From NCBI GenBank assembly GCA_010909165.1, contig MU008157.1:62001-126000 (forward strand): a DNA stretch of 64,000 nt. Direction: 5' to 3'. The notes under the pieces were generated by a model. That model was not told the DNA's origin. It saw only the letters and a list, made by a program, of their open reading frames with translations, and did not search any database. Position numbers and translations under genes: made by a program. Shown one piece after another: positions 14,631 to 27,951 of this stretch (position 1 is the stretch's first letter; the number at the start of each line of letters is the position of its first letter). The DNA comes from Anthoceros angustus (taxonomy: Eukaryota; Plantae; Anthocerotophyta).

Positions 14631-15604
14631 TCGCGGTGTAGCTCTTGCGTGTGTGACTTCACGGCTTCAAGACTCCCGTCTCAATTCAATTCACGCTCCT
14701 CTTCTTGATCATGAGCGAAGAAACCCTCTTGCCACAAGATGGACCAGAGTGGCCGTCCGATTTGAATTGCTCAAGTAAAGAACCACAACACACATATCGA
14801 CAACTTGCTTGAATGACCCAGTTTATTTCCTACCGCCTCGTCTCGGACCTAATGTTCAAGATCGAGCTACCGTCTCGCTTCTAGCAAGGAGCTAGCAATT
14901 CTTGCAACACAGCCCTCATGCGATGTGACATGCTCTAGGTTTGGCGGCTAAGACCTCAACCCGGGACCCATGGGCCTCTTGCTCTTTTCTTTGTAACGAG
15001 AAAATGCAACAAGGCGTCCAGTTCTTGCATGCCTCGACTCCCTAGGAGTCTTCTGTCAGCCGTCTTGTGCCCTCAGGCCACACGACACAAAATGCCAACC
15101 TGAACTGAGTCGTTCGCATGGGTGCTCTCCGGTCACTTATTGGCAGCCATTGAGCGTGCCTCCTGCACATTTAGTGCCCAGAACTTCTGCAATGTTGAAC
15201 TGGCGTTAGCCAAGCCGAAGGGAACAAGGATCTCCTCTGATTTGCTCACTTCTCCTTTCGCTTTGAGTTCCTCTCATTCTTCATCTCGACGCTCCTCTTT
15301 CTCCGCGATTCGACTATTCATCCCTTCTTGCATCTTGCTCTATCTCCTGTCTTCAAAGTCCACGGCTCCTTTCCCACATACGCCTCCACAAACTCTTGTG
15401 CGCCTTCAAAATTTTCATGTGTTCTCCGCCAAGTAGAGCCAATACAAGATGCACAGACAATCTCGGTCCAAAGACCACACGGACCCCAAAAGCTCATGCT
15501 CCGGTCACTTCTCCCCACTCCTCGATGGTCCGCTCACAGGCTCCCATACCGCTGCCTCCTAATCCACTCCAAGACGGCGCGATCTGCTGGAGTCATCCCG
15601 ATCC

Positions 15605-15621
15605 GATCGTCAAACATACCA
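15605..15621 (-). promoter_or_regulatory. Probable primer-binding site
   Basis: TGGTATG begins 3 nt inside the 5' LTR on the minus strand; partial match to the tRNA-iMet PBS TGGTATCAGAGC. Confidence 0.55.
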
Positions 15622-15624
15622 AGA

Positions 15625-15948
15625 TGTAAGCGGCATCATACGAGATGGGCGACTCCGGACACCAAGGCGGAATTCGTGCCCTTGATCTTGGGAGCGGGCT
15701 CAAGTAGCCCGCCCTGTTCACGTGTTCAAATGTTGTGCGACTAGAGTTTGGCTAACTATGGTTAGTTGCCCCTAGGTTAGTCGCTCTAACTAACCTCTTT
15801 ATTCTAGCTAGCTGCCCTCGTGCTACGGCTACCATGTATGCCGCCACGGCCTTCTGGCCAGAGATCACTTGGCTCAGTGCAGTGTCTACCATAGCCTGGC
15901 AATTGACTATGTCCTTCACGGCTGGAGCTTGCTCAATCCGCCGTGACA
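15625..15948 (-). repeat. 5' LTR (324 bp)
   Basis: Direct repeat of 8142-8470, followed by TSD ATGCA. Confidence 0.95.
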
Positions 15949-16947
15949 ATGCAGATTGAAAGGACTACATACATCAGAGGTTGTGGAGGATGCATCACCT
16001 GGTGTCGTATAGACTATAGTCTAGAGCTTATTGATGACATTTTGTTTTGGTGATTAAAAGTAAGAAATTTAGGTGTCCAACACATAACTCTAAAAGAGAA
16101 GGTATTTCTTTTTAGTACAAGCTATAGGCTAGAGCTCATTGATGACATTTTGTTTTGGTGGCATAAAAGTAAGAAACTTAGATGTCAACAAATAAGTCTA
16201 AAAGAGAAGGTATCTGCTTTTACTACATAAAGTCTTTGTTGCTCTTCATTTATAAAAGAAAAATAAGGTATCTAGAATAGATGCATCCAACAATAACATC
16301 TAAAATGGAAGTCACCTAGATTAAAGGTGTTAAAGAAAGAAATCTAAACATGAAATTGCCTAGATTAGAGGTGTACAAGAAAGAAAACTAAAAATAAAAA
16401 TTGCTTAGATTAGACGTGTCCAAGAAAGAAATCTAGAGATTAGAATGAGAAAATGCTAGAAGGTATTTATAAGGAAAGATTACAAGAATGGAAGTAGCTT
16501 CTAATAAAAGAGCTCTTGGAGGAGTATAAATATTGCGTGAAACCACGCCATACATTCAAACATTCATTTGTAAGATTTACCCCGCATGTCTTCAAGTTAG
16601 TTGTGGACTTAGAGCTTTGCCTTTGTATGAGATGTTTTTTCTCCTTGAAGAAAAAATTATTGACTTTATTATGATATGTGATGTAACTTACTTAACTCAA
16701 GAGAAGCTCTCGCTTCAAAGAAGTATTTCATATATTGAGATTTACTTTTGAACTAGGTCTATTTTTGTGTCGCGCTTGGACCGATTTATAATATTTCGAT
16801 AGTTTTTCTCCTTGAAGAAAAAATTATTGACTTTATTATGGTGTGTGACATAACTTGAACTTGAGGGAAGGTCTCACGATAACAATAAGTTGCGGAGAAA
16901 TCTAAAAGTAATTAAAATATATATACCAAAGCATTTAGCTAGCCACA

Positions 16948-17755
16948 ATGACTTTGGGAACCACAAGTCGATGCACCTTTTATAAGACAAGTATGGGGTT
17001 ACAATCTTGAGCAAGAATTAGACTTTATCCGGTTCCACATTATTGATCAATATCGTATAATAAGTATAGATATAGAATTTCAGCATAGTGGTGGTGCCCG
17101 ATGCAGTTATTACATAGAAGACTATGAATACCAAATGATCAAAGGTAATGTGGATAGACTAAGGTTAATCCAACTAGGGCTTACATTTGCCGGAAAATGC
17201 AAAGCTGCCTTTTTGTAAAGAAACAGGGCGAAGTTTGGTATGGCAATTCAATTTTAGAATCAACCTTGACCAAGATATGTATGCAGAAGATAGTATAAAT
17301 CTTTTGCGTAACAGTGGTATAGATTTCGATCAACACAGGATAATGGGCATAGATGTTCAACAGTTTGGATAGCTATTCAAACACTGCAACATATTACATA
17401 ATCAAAATTTGCAATGGATTGGTTTCCACCCAACCTACGATTTTGCCTACTTGCTAAAAACCATCACAGGTCAAGAATTAGGAGACAAGAGCGAATTTCT
17501 TTGTTTTGTAGCTAATTATTTTCCTAATATATTTGACGTCAAATACATTATGTGTTGGACAAGTAGTTTAAGTATATTAGCAAAAGTACTAATGGGGAGA
17601 CGAGGACTTGTCATCAAGCGTGTCCAGATTCCTATTGACTTTTCATGTATTTCATAAAAATATGTGAAAAGTGGCCCATCTTTCAAGATGGACGCTTCAT
17701 GTATTATAAGGATCAATTATATGGATTAAGTCCATATAAAAATATTTTAAAATAA
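16948..17755 (+). pseudogene. CAF1: CAF1/POP2 deadenylase, copy 2, near full length
   Basis: SIDIEF, GNVDRLRLIQLGLT, VWQFNFRINLDQDMYAEDSINLLRNSGIDFD, WIGFHPTYDFAYLLK, FDVKYIM, then after frameshift CHQACPDS(L)LT...QLYGL. All DEDDh positions are recognisable. Confidence 0.9.
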
Positions 17756-20700
17756 AATTATTTTATTAATGAACTTAGTTCTATAAACATATTTTATCTT
17801 ACTATCATCATGTATTATCTAGCATAAATTCTTCAACCCTATACGGAAGATGCATGTGTTCAATTGCTCTTTCTAACTCTACCATTGTCCCCAATGTGGA
17901 ACATATTGATTTGGGCCCTTTATCATTTTGATCTAGTTTGTTTCATTTTGGTTCGACCCGATCCAAGGTGACCGCATCTATTAACGGTGCTTTTTGAGCC
18001 ATTTAGGAAGTTTGGAACAAGGAGAGGAACTTAGAAGTTTCTCGGGGATAGGTAGACTAGTTGGTAGGATAGGAGGATGTCCTTCCCAAGTAGGTCGAGG
18101 TCGTATGCACACTTCACAATGTAGCGGACTTCGACGGACTACCTAAGGCAACCCAAACAAGACATAGTGTGTCAGGATTAACAAGACCAGAAGCATCGAC
18201 TTATCTTAATCAAGATGCGCCGTAGCAGCCAAGATGCGCCCACAACTTCATGATCAAGGTAAATGAGTGAGCTGAGCAGCCAGGCGGCATCCACGCAAGG
18301 CACACCTCCTATGTGTAACGCGGCATGCTACCCGGTGCACGACACACACGCACATTAGATCACCCCGGATGAAGCATAAAGTTAATCAAGTCGGACTCTC
18401 ACAACTTCATTTCCACCATAGCCATACCATTCTGCAGTTTGAGACGAGTCGGAAGGGCGGTTGCACGCCGCCAAAGAAGTTCGACCTCCCTCGCCACTTT
18501 GGAGGTAGCGCGCAGGCGATCAACTGCCGACTTTCTCGCATCCTCGATCGAGCTTGCGATGGCTTTTCCATCTTCACGCTGTTCGGCTCGACTCACGGAG
18601 CGCATCGCTTAGGAGGCGAGCAAAGATGCAAGCAAAATTGCTGTGGCAAGCTCTAGCAGCGATCAACTGCCGACTTTCTCGCATCCTCGGTCGAGAGCGG
18701 TGGCTTTTCCATCTTCGCGATTACGGTTCGGCTCTTAAGCGCTTCTGGAGCGCATCGCTTAGGAGGCGTAGCACAAGATGTACAAATTGCTGTGGCAAGC
18801 TCAAAGCTCTAGCGATCAGCGCGCATGCACAAACCATCGCGAGGCGCGGACAACAAACGCCCATCGCACCCGGCATCAGGAGATAGCGTTTTTGTGTTTC
18901 GCACCTCGGGCCGCCACTACTGTGATAAGGTCCGAGTTAGGTCCGAGGGCATATTGGAATCGCGTTACGTTAGCGGACACTAACTCGTGGTTATGATCGA
19001 TCGCGGTTAACTTACATGAATAATGATTCATTAGGTTATTACGTTATTAGGTTTTAAACATATACACTCACTTTTCTTTATTGTTTTATTAAACCCTAAA
19101 TGCAGTTATCTTTTTCCTACCCGCTTGCGCGTCGGTTTCTCTCGCTCCGCTTCTCAAGGATGAGGATGGTGATGTCTTAATTCCTTTACCAAGGATCCTC
19201 GAGTGTTTGATCATACACCAAGGAACATGAATTTGTATTCGGTGGAGCAGTCCTAGCCACAGGCGCACTCAACAAGCGGAGATTTCCTGCATCCGTGCGT
19301 TGTTGGGGTTTGTTAAACTTGGTGGTGGCCCCAATAATCGTGCCTTTACCTCGAAGCCTATCAACGGCTGCAAAGAACCTCAAGCTACTTCCTTGGCTTA
19401 ATTTCTTTCAACCTCTACTCTTCATTCTCCAACAAATTGCCTCAAGATCCGCCACCACACAACTACACCTATGCCAAACATAAAATCTAACAACTACAAA
19501 ACTCCTTCTTGGCACTAAAACACCTAGCACCAACAAGCCAAAGACATCAAAATCAGCCACACCCACTCAAACTCGATCGGCTCTTGGCTCCCTTCATGCG
19601 AGCCTCCACTATCCGCATACAAAGAAAGCAAGCCATGCCCTCTTGGCAACCATGGCATCCTTGCTACAAGCATCTTCCATAACCCTAGAGGAAGAGGGTT
19701 TCCCCTTCTTTTCTTCTCCATCTGCACCTATCATGGCGCTCTCATCCTCATACTCCATCAGCCTCCCTTGAGCGCCCCTATCAGCACCCACCACTGGCTC
19801 CACTCCTTGGGCATCTGCCGCCCCAGACCATCTCCACTCTTTGTAATGCCACCTCTCGTCGCACCACCATCTGGACCTACGGAGGTAAGGCCACCCCCTA
19901 CATCGGTAGGGCCGGCCTATTCGGTCCCTACACTTATAAGATAACTCTATTGGAGGGCATTAGGCCCTCACGCCTCCACCACACCAACTCGGATCATCGG
20001 TCAACCACTTCCTACTCGAGGTTAGCCCTTCTACCTAATTAGTTTTCCCTACATCCTACCTCCGGGAGCCAAGTTCCTACAAGATTTCCCAATTTCGCCA
20101 ATGTAACCCCCAAAATTAGTATTGATACGTATGACAATTCTCTTCCACTTCACTCTAGTTCTCCGGTTTGCTCCAAATTAATCCCTTTGATCCAAAAAGT
20201 AGAAGTGCCCAAACTTTTCGTTCCATGACCATCCGAGCATTGGTGGGCGATGGTGAGCCAAGGCACGCCATAATTTGGTGGGTTGGGAGCCTCAAGATCG
20301 TCACGAGCATTGATTGTGCAACAATTCAAGCTACAACTGAATGCGTGAGATCTCTTGCACTCTCTAAGACCACACCAATCTTGAGAAAATCTTTTCCAAG
20401 TGCATGAAATACCGTGATACGGCAAAAGCAGAATATCGACAGCAAGTCAAGAATCGAATATACAAGCTAATGCATTATAATAAAGTATTATTAAGGAAAT
20501 GAATGGTATGTACAGTCCAAATGTTGCCACGTTAGCATAATCGTAACCTCCATCACCTCTACTAGCTAGAACGAACAATGGTAGCCAAACAACGAATTCC
20601 GTGCGGTTCTTGCGCCCATGTTCCACAAAGGAGCGATCGTGATGGTGCCGCAACCACCACCATCTTGGTTGTGAAGCTCGCGATGCACCAACCCTTCTTC

Positions 20701-21175
20701 AATGTGGCCTTGAAGCATGCCGCTACGAGTAGCGCCATATACAATAATATCATGAATATGCAGATTGAAAGGACTACATACATCAGAGGTTGTGGAGGAT
20801 GCATCACCTGGTATCGTATAGACTATAGTCTAGAGCTTATTGATGACATTTTGTTTTGGTGATTAAAAGTAAGAAATTTAGGTGTCCAACACATAACTCT
20901 AAAAAGAGAAGGTATTTCGCACTTGCTTGTGGGTGTAGAGGTGGCACCTGCTCATAATAAGAACACTTAAGAAAATGCCAAAGAGCGTGACGTACTAGTA
21001 TTAGGGCGCCCCCGCTCACGACTTTTTCCCTTTCTAGGCCAAACTGTGTGTAAGGGCTGGGATTAATGGAGTGCGTGTTGCCGAGTGGCACGCCTCCGCA
21101 CATTTGAATGGACGTGTTCATCATCCCCCCACCAAATTTAAAATACCCCTCATTGATGACATTTTGTTTTAATTA

Positions 21176-21478
21176 GGCCACCAATTCATTCCGCTCGCCC
21201 TTGAAATATATGGGGTGTTGGCTAAGGACGTCGATACTTTTCTCAAGTCGTGCACCAAGGCTTTTCATGGCTATAGGCATGGTGCGGGGCTGTCCCTCCC
21301 CCACTTTATGGTATTCTTCAGACAGCGAGGGGCAATTGCTCTTCAACGGGCCCTCTCTACGGTAACCGTCCATAAAGTAGCGACAGCAGGTGACGCATCC
21401 TCCTCTACCTTTGTAGTTTGTAGGCTATTTTCGCTTCCCGCGTATGACATCGTTGGCGCAGTCGGTTACTTCCGATAG
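21176..21478 (+). mobile_element. 3' fragment of an RLE-type (CRE-like) non-LTR retrotransposon ORF
   Basis: FIPLALEIYGVLAKDVDTFL...FFRQRGAIALQRALS resembles the C-terminal F.P.a.E..G ... QR.sialQR motif of restriction-like-endonuclease retroelements. Confidence 0.65.
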
Positions 21479-22170
21479 GGAGCTTTGTAACTTCTCCTTT
21501 TCACCTCGACCCTCAAGGTCCCTCTCGGTTATCCTTTGCTGGATGGGCTGATCCCATCAAAATTTTCCCCTAAATATATATTTTTTGTTATTTCAGTTGT
21601 GTGTTATTAGTACCCTATTGGATTATTTCAGTTGTTTGAATGCCCTACAAAGTTACTTCAATTCAAAATTATTCCAGTTGTTTGAATGCCCTACAAGGTT
21701 ACCTTAATTCAAAATCACAACACGGGACTTTCTGTATATATTTTTAAAGTATTTACAAAATCTCCGAATTCACTAACAAAGCGTATGTCAATCAATCTCC
21801 CATCCCTCGGGGGAAGGCTTGAGTTCAATTCTCCTTCCTTCCATAGAGTTTTGAATTCGGCTTGATTGATCCCACTATCATTCCATAGCGGGCTCCACAC
21901 TCCACGCCCTTCTAGTATTCCACCTGTCCCAAAGTTTGGGGTTTAGGGACGTGGGCGGGGACGGTGGGAATGATACAGATAAAGATTAGTTCAGATTTCA
22001 CAGATGCAAACCTAGACCGATAGGGTTAAAATCAATTTCTACCGAAATAATACTGGGATAAGCCCCTATGCTAATGCCTAGCTAAAAATTAAATTAGAGC
22101 TACGCCCTGGAGTCTGGAGACTATTATGCTTGCGTTGTAGCTAAAAAGGAAGCAAGCCTCAGAGCAACTG

Positions 22171-25100
22171 TTACGACGCAGCAGCATCAATGCTCTTGTC
22201 TATGATCCGCAAACATGCGTTTATTGTGCCGCCGTCCACAAGCTGATGGTCCCACAGTTTGACGAGAAGCATCAACATACACCTGCAGATGGAAAGCACG
22301 TCAGACGAAAATAAAACGGTCTACAAACAAAGAGCTTTCTTTCAAAGGATTGTAACAACCAGCGCAGAGAAGGCTTTTTAGCAAAGTCGGCGACGTGGAA
22401 CTTGGCAAATGCTTCACATGCCCACGTGCAATGTCCGTCAGCAATGACCCTGCACCAGACAAGCGAAAATGCGTCACACTCCATCCCGAATGCTTGAGGA
22501 ACAGCTGCCTGCTATTGGATGAACGGGGCAGTACCTGTGCTTGCGGACGAAGCAGTTCCACATGTGCATTAGTTCCTTCTCATCAGGCTGGACGTCCACA
22601 AATTCATCTAGCAACTGCCACAACACACATTGCCTGTACGTGAGATAAAACACTATCTTGTGTGGAATTATCGTAAGACTGGCTACTTCATATTAGCATC
22701 ACTTCCATCATCGCAGTCCCCAACTAGCACATCCAAATGATCAATTACCCTCCGATCCTCGATTGCTGCAATCTCATCATCAACTTCCGCCTCACTGTCT
22801 TCGTCTCCAAATACCTCTTCAAGAGACATAGGCTACACAAGCCCACAACACTTTGAGACGACCACCAAGCCCACCGTTGAGAATGTAATACCTCAGTCAT
22901 CTTATATCAAGTGCAGTGCACAAAATGTTGAAAAAACAATCACAGCTTGACTATCCCCTTGAGAACGAACCTGTGCAGTATGCGAGTGGAAAAACTGCTG
23001 CCTTGACAAAGCGGCTCGGCTGGAGCAGTAGCCAACAGTCACAAAACATCAGATTCACTGCCAGCATGCAGAATCCTATCGCATCATCAGAGGGTACAGA
23101 TACTTACTTTCGGGCTTCAAATTTCTCTGCAGAGGATTTTCGTGACTCCTTGGTAGAGCCTCCTCGCCCCTCTATTCCCAGCATGACATGAACACGAAAA
23201 TTGGTGATGCATTCGAGTTCTCCATGGTTTCATCACTGGTTAGTAAAAACAGCCTTCACTTACCACTGTCAAGAGTCTCTGCTGCTCTTGATGAATCATG
23301 CTGAATCAACACTGAACTGTCCCTAGCCTCCTCCCAAGCTTGATGGAGTGGCTGAGGCTCGGCAGATGAAGCAACACTAGGGCTTGGCTCCTTGAAGTGG
23401 ATCTCTGATCTTTCACCATTAGCAGGCTGAACATTCATACTTGTAAATTGGTCCATGACACTGCCGAAAGGATCTTCGTCACCACGCAATGCTGCAGGCT
23501 CGTGCACAGACAGCTGTCGAATTCTATCATTAATGCACTCGTCCAGTGAATCTGACTTGCGATCAAGGGATTCTTCTCTCCTCTTCAAATCTCCTTTGGG
23601 TTTAAACCTTGAATAGCGCCTTGAACTGTGTTAAGACGAGAGCAGGTCCTCAAGATCATTCACAGTGGTCACACAGAACATTTGCACACATGAGTACTTG
23701 AAAGATTGCTCTAAGCATCGGGGAACAAAAATGATGAAATTTCTGGAATAGCATTTCAAAAACAGTGCACCCACACGTAAGTGAACGTCTTTGCTGGGGT
23801 GTCAAGATTCTGGCCAACTACTTTCCAATTCACACCCTACAATGCACAATTATTTCAGACATGATTTTCATAGAATTCCTGTCTGATCACATGAACAGAA
23901 TGCATATACTTCAGTGCCTTATCATAACTTCTAAAACAAAAGTGTGCAGCGGCAACAAGCACAGTTGAGTACCTCATTTCCCAGAACCCCATCCCGGATC
24001 GAGACAGTTACTACATGGTAATTCTCATAGGCCTGTAGCAAAGATGTAGTTAGGTGAGCACACTTGCCCATGTGGTATACATGTAAGATCCTTATTAATG
24101 CCTCTAAATAGAGACACCACTTACTAACCAGGTATTCAAAGTGGAAGAGATCGTGACAAGCATTCAAGTGACACCGTAACCCCTGGGCAAAGTTCAGACA
24201 GACCAGGTGTGTCATGATGTGTTTTGCTACTTCGAAAATCATTGCGGTCGACAGTCCATATATACGAGACAGAATTACTAACCTTGAAGCTGGAGCAAGA
24301 GACTAGGCATACAGGACAGGAGAATACATCCGTGTCTGCAAATATCCAACTCAGAGACTTCAGACTGCATGTGCAAAAACAGGTTAAAACCTAAAGTGAA
24401 AGACTTCTGTGACAATATCCATGCTGATTAACAATTGCACCATAAAACACAATTCACTCACCTACTATTGCAATGATTGGCAAAACAGTGCTGTGAGAGA
24501 GACACAACGAGGACAATGTTGAGAGTAAGGTTTACCTTGAGTTTGCTGTAAGATGTTCGACTTCCCATAGAGAAAATGGAATATGACACGTGCAGGTTGT
24601 CTGCATGCCAAGAAGTTACATGTACGAGAGATGTCATAGACCTCACAGTGGAAACTCTCAGCTATTCGTGCATAAGCCATACCTGGAAACAGATAGCAGA
24701 GCTGGACTGTGAACAAGAGCAGCAGAGGGTCCATTTGCGTGACCACCTGGAGTAAAGCACTGGCCAAGTTCTGACCCTGAAATGCAAAGTTGCAGCTGAA
24801 CCTGTACTTGATTTATGACAGAACCCACTTTAAGACTTTCGCAAAACAACATGTCTGGTGAGAAACTATGCACATCAACTGCAGCACTGACCCCATTTCT
24901 TCCGGTCACACCCCTTGCAGACAATTTAATTCCCCGCTGGCCAGCAGAGTCTCCATGCTGCTATGAGCAAACATGAATGAGTCCCTTGCAGATTCATTGT
25001 GGGACAATTTCTTCCCTGCCAAGATAACCCTCTCTACTGTCTAACAGTGAAAGCTACCCACTACGCAACGCTCTTTACAGCTGATGATGTGAAAGGGACG

Positions 25101-26327
25101 GACCTGTAGAATTGCATGCTGCAGATCCAGACAGTGAGTTGTCTCAAGAGGTTTTTCTTTGCTAGCGTTAGACCAACTGCTACAAAGAGGTCCCATTGCC
25201 AGCTTGGCCCACAGAACACGTCCACTGCAATTGACTGAGAACCAATTCGATTACAATCCAGGTACACATCTCTCTGAATACACGCATGTCAGCTTAAGAG
25301 TTGCCCAAAGAATATGACCAAGATACCTAAAGTGCGGAAGTGGCTGTCCCTCCCAGCTCGAGGAGCATCATGTTCAACTGGCCAGCAACAAGTTTTTAGT
25401 AGTGCTGCATGACAACTCACTTTGGGCAGGTGAACCATGTCATCGCAGACGACTGACAAACGCTTACGTAAAATGAGGAAAAGAACGACTGCACCATCTC
25501 TCTTGGCCCGTGATGTAACCTTGCGAATGTCTTCAAGCCTAAATACAGCAGTATCACGAAAGCCATGATTCTGAGCGGGCAACGTCTTTTGCAAAGGTGC
25601 TCTCAAAAGTAGCGGCTCGCCCAAAGCAAACCAATAGTCACCCTGCCCACAGGAACAGTGAGTTCAGCAAGAAAGCAAAGCAGATTGGGGAGACGTTATG
25701 CAGTGACTTGTCCCACAGTAGAGAAAATCATATTCAACCCACCATCGAACTAGATATCAACGGGACGGTTTCCATGACATATACAGAGACTCCCTCAACT
25801 TGCCCTGCTCCAAATTTCTGAAGCACCACTCTCGGAAGGCTACCGTTCGAGTCCAGACAGGCAGTGACAGAAACCGTCATCCTTATCCTGGCAAAAGGAG
25901 AGAGACAGATTCAGACATCCCACCTACCGTTACTGACAGCACCCCTAGTGGCATGCACTGGCTCAGAAAGCACATACCTCTTAAGCCGAGCAGCTTCAAT
26001 CTTGTAGCTCAGCGTCCGGGGTAGGAAAATTGGCTGGAAAACAATAGCAGCGTCAGTACACAGCATGTGCACTACTGCTGCTGATGAAGCTAACGCACGC
26101 CAACAGCATGGAGACGAATGCGAGTTAATCTTAGCAGGAGGGGCAATAAGCAACGCCCGAGCCCCACTGACCAGCTGGGCAAAGCGATGCTTCAGAATGT
26201 TGTAGAACTCGATGGGTTTGCAGAACTCCATAAGGCTCTCATCTGCCGCGTCGTCATCAAAGTCCCATCGCTCTTGCCACCCGCCCGGTTTGGGTGAGGA
26301 ACGCTCCATCTTGACAGCACTGGGCAT
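22171..26327 (-). CDS. EMF2: Polycomb PRC2 subunit EMF2/VRN2-like (Su(z)12, C2H2 plus VEFS box), multi-exon
   Basis: AADESLMEFCKPIEFYNIL, FSCPVCLVSCSSFK/GLRCHLNACHDLFHFEY, QFFHSHTAQ/PMSLEEVFGDEDSEAEVDDEIAAIEDRR, LLDEFVDV...ELMHMWNCFVRK, RVIADGHCTWACEAF; GT-AG introns. Confidence 0.93.
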
Positions 26328-26779
26328 CTTGATCGCTGTCAATTTCAGCCAGCAGCCGTGTATAGATGCCAGTCTATTTCCATGTCCAAGCTCAGCGCAC
26401 TTGGTGACAACAACACTCCAGATGAAGCTGCGCAGGAGAGCAAGGAAGCGCGTCCTGGCAGGGTACGCTGCCGGAGCAACTACCACAAGTCCTGTGCATG
26501 GGCTCCCAGGTGCAAAGTCGCAAATTAATGAAAGATTCAATATGGCAAGTATTCAAGAAGCGGAAGGATATATCCTCTACGAGCGAGCCATACAAGATGC
26601 TTGGTGGGCTAGCGTGTATGCACAGGTGCCTCAACGGACCTGAGGTCGAGAGGCGCGTGAAGAGGGAATCTCCTCGTTCCTTTGACTGCTGGTTGTTTCA
26701 TATTTTGACGATGTATGCACAATTAGGGAAGGAGGGACTCCCACTGTTCCTCCTTTCATCAGCATTTACCAAATCGTGA

Positions 26780-27951
26780 TCACAACACGTTGGCCTCGTT
26801 CTTGAGCTTGTCCAAGAGCTCGTCAACAGATGACAACATCACGCCAGCTTTCCTCTTAGATGGTTCTACAACTTCTAAGATCTCCAAGTCAGATTCAACA
26901 CTAACTTGCAACTCTTCTGGAGTGAACTTTGTAATAGGCTTCTTCTTGGCCTTCATGATGTTGGGCAGTGTGGCATACCTCGGCTGGTTCAAGCGCAAAT
27001 CGGTTCTGAATTTCCACGAACAGACGTCAAGAGAAGAGCAGGACGGCCTCATCCCCCAATCAAGCCAAAATGAAGGGAACACAAGTTGGGAATTCCGAAG
27101 GTTGAGGTTTTGTGTCTTACGTGATTACAGCAGGAAGCCTCAACTTGAGTGTCTCCAACCCAACGTCCACTTCTCTCTCAACATTGACAACACCCGCATC
27201 CTTATCCAGAGCAACCTGTTCCAAATCACGGTGATCCCTATTTCTCGTCTTCCTCCCACATGCATGACAACAACCGGCAGCATAAAGGGCTGTTGAAAGG
27301 ACTCTTACCTTGGAGGCTGCAATCGCTTGTGGCCATCGCAATAGCCCGGCAGCCATTTGCCCCGTCTGATGAAAATCACCGTCTATTGCCTGCACAATGG
27401 CGAATCCACTGATGCCGACTGTGTTAGCGACAGCAGCAGGGGGAGCTCACCAGCACTTCGCAGGAAAGAAGCAGAGGTGCTTCAACACAAACACGATTGC
27501 ACACGACCTGTTTTCCCAAAAGCAGAAGCTGTGGTTGTTCCTTTGCAACCACTGCCTTGAGAAGCCGAGCCACGGCCAAAGGAAACAGAGTTGCTTCAGT
27601 GGACACATGAATTGCCCGATCAGCACCCATAGCCAAGCCAGTGCGTAGTGTCTCGGCGCATTGTGCCCCTCCCATGCTCACCACCACCACTTCCGTTGCT
27701 TTGCCAGCTTCTCTCATCCGTAGCGCTTCCTCTACAGCAATTTCACAGAAGGGATTCATCGACATCTTCACATTCGTAGTCTCCACGCCTGTCTGTGGAA
27801 CAACTTCCAACAGTTACGTGCTGGCACCACAGCACGAGCAAGCACAAGAACAGGAGGAGCCCAACTACATACATCCCCTCACCTTATCAGCCTTGATCCG
27901 GATCTTGACAGCATAATCGATCACACGCTTCACTGCCACCAGTACCTTCAT
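26780..27951 (-). CDS. ETFB: Electron transfer flavoprotein beta subunit, multi-exon
   Basis: [65 protein letters not shown]. Confidence 0.96.

Larger units (their letters stand above)
8142..15948 (-). mobile_element. Full-length Ty3/Gypsy chromovirus LTR retrotransposon (~7.8 kb)
   Basis: Two TG...CA LTRs, 5-bp TSD ATGCA (8137-8141 and 15949-15953), and the empty site aatatgcagattgaaagg in the other tandem copies. Domain order gag-PR-RT-RH-INT-chromodomain on the minus strand. Confidence 0.97.
2176..20917. repeat. Tandem array of a ~4.7-kb unit: copy 1 ~2176-6825, copy 2 ~6826-19421 (interrupted by Gypsy), partial copy 3 ~19422-20917
   Basis: The sequence cattctccaacaaattgcctcaagatccgccacc recurs at ~2176, ~6826 and ~19422. 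Downstream sequence is colinear between copies (e.g. 3495-6825 matches 15949-19421). Confidence 0.92.

Noticed and set aside
20918-21150. Unique ~230-bp segment at the end of the tandem array, considered as a Helitron or TIR terminus
   Set aside because: No convincing hairpin-CTRR end, TIR partner or TSD was found.
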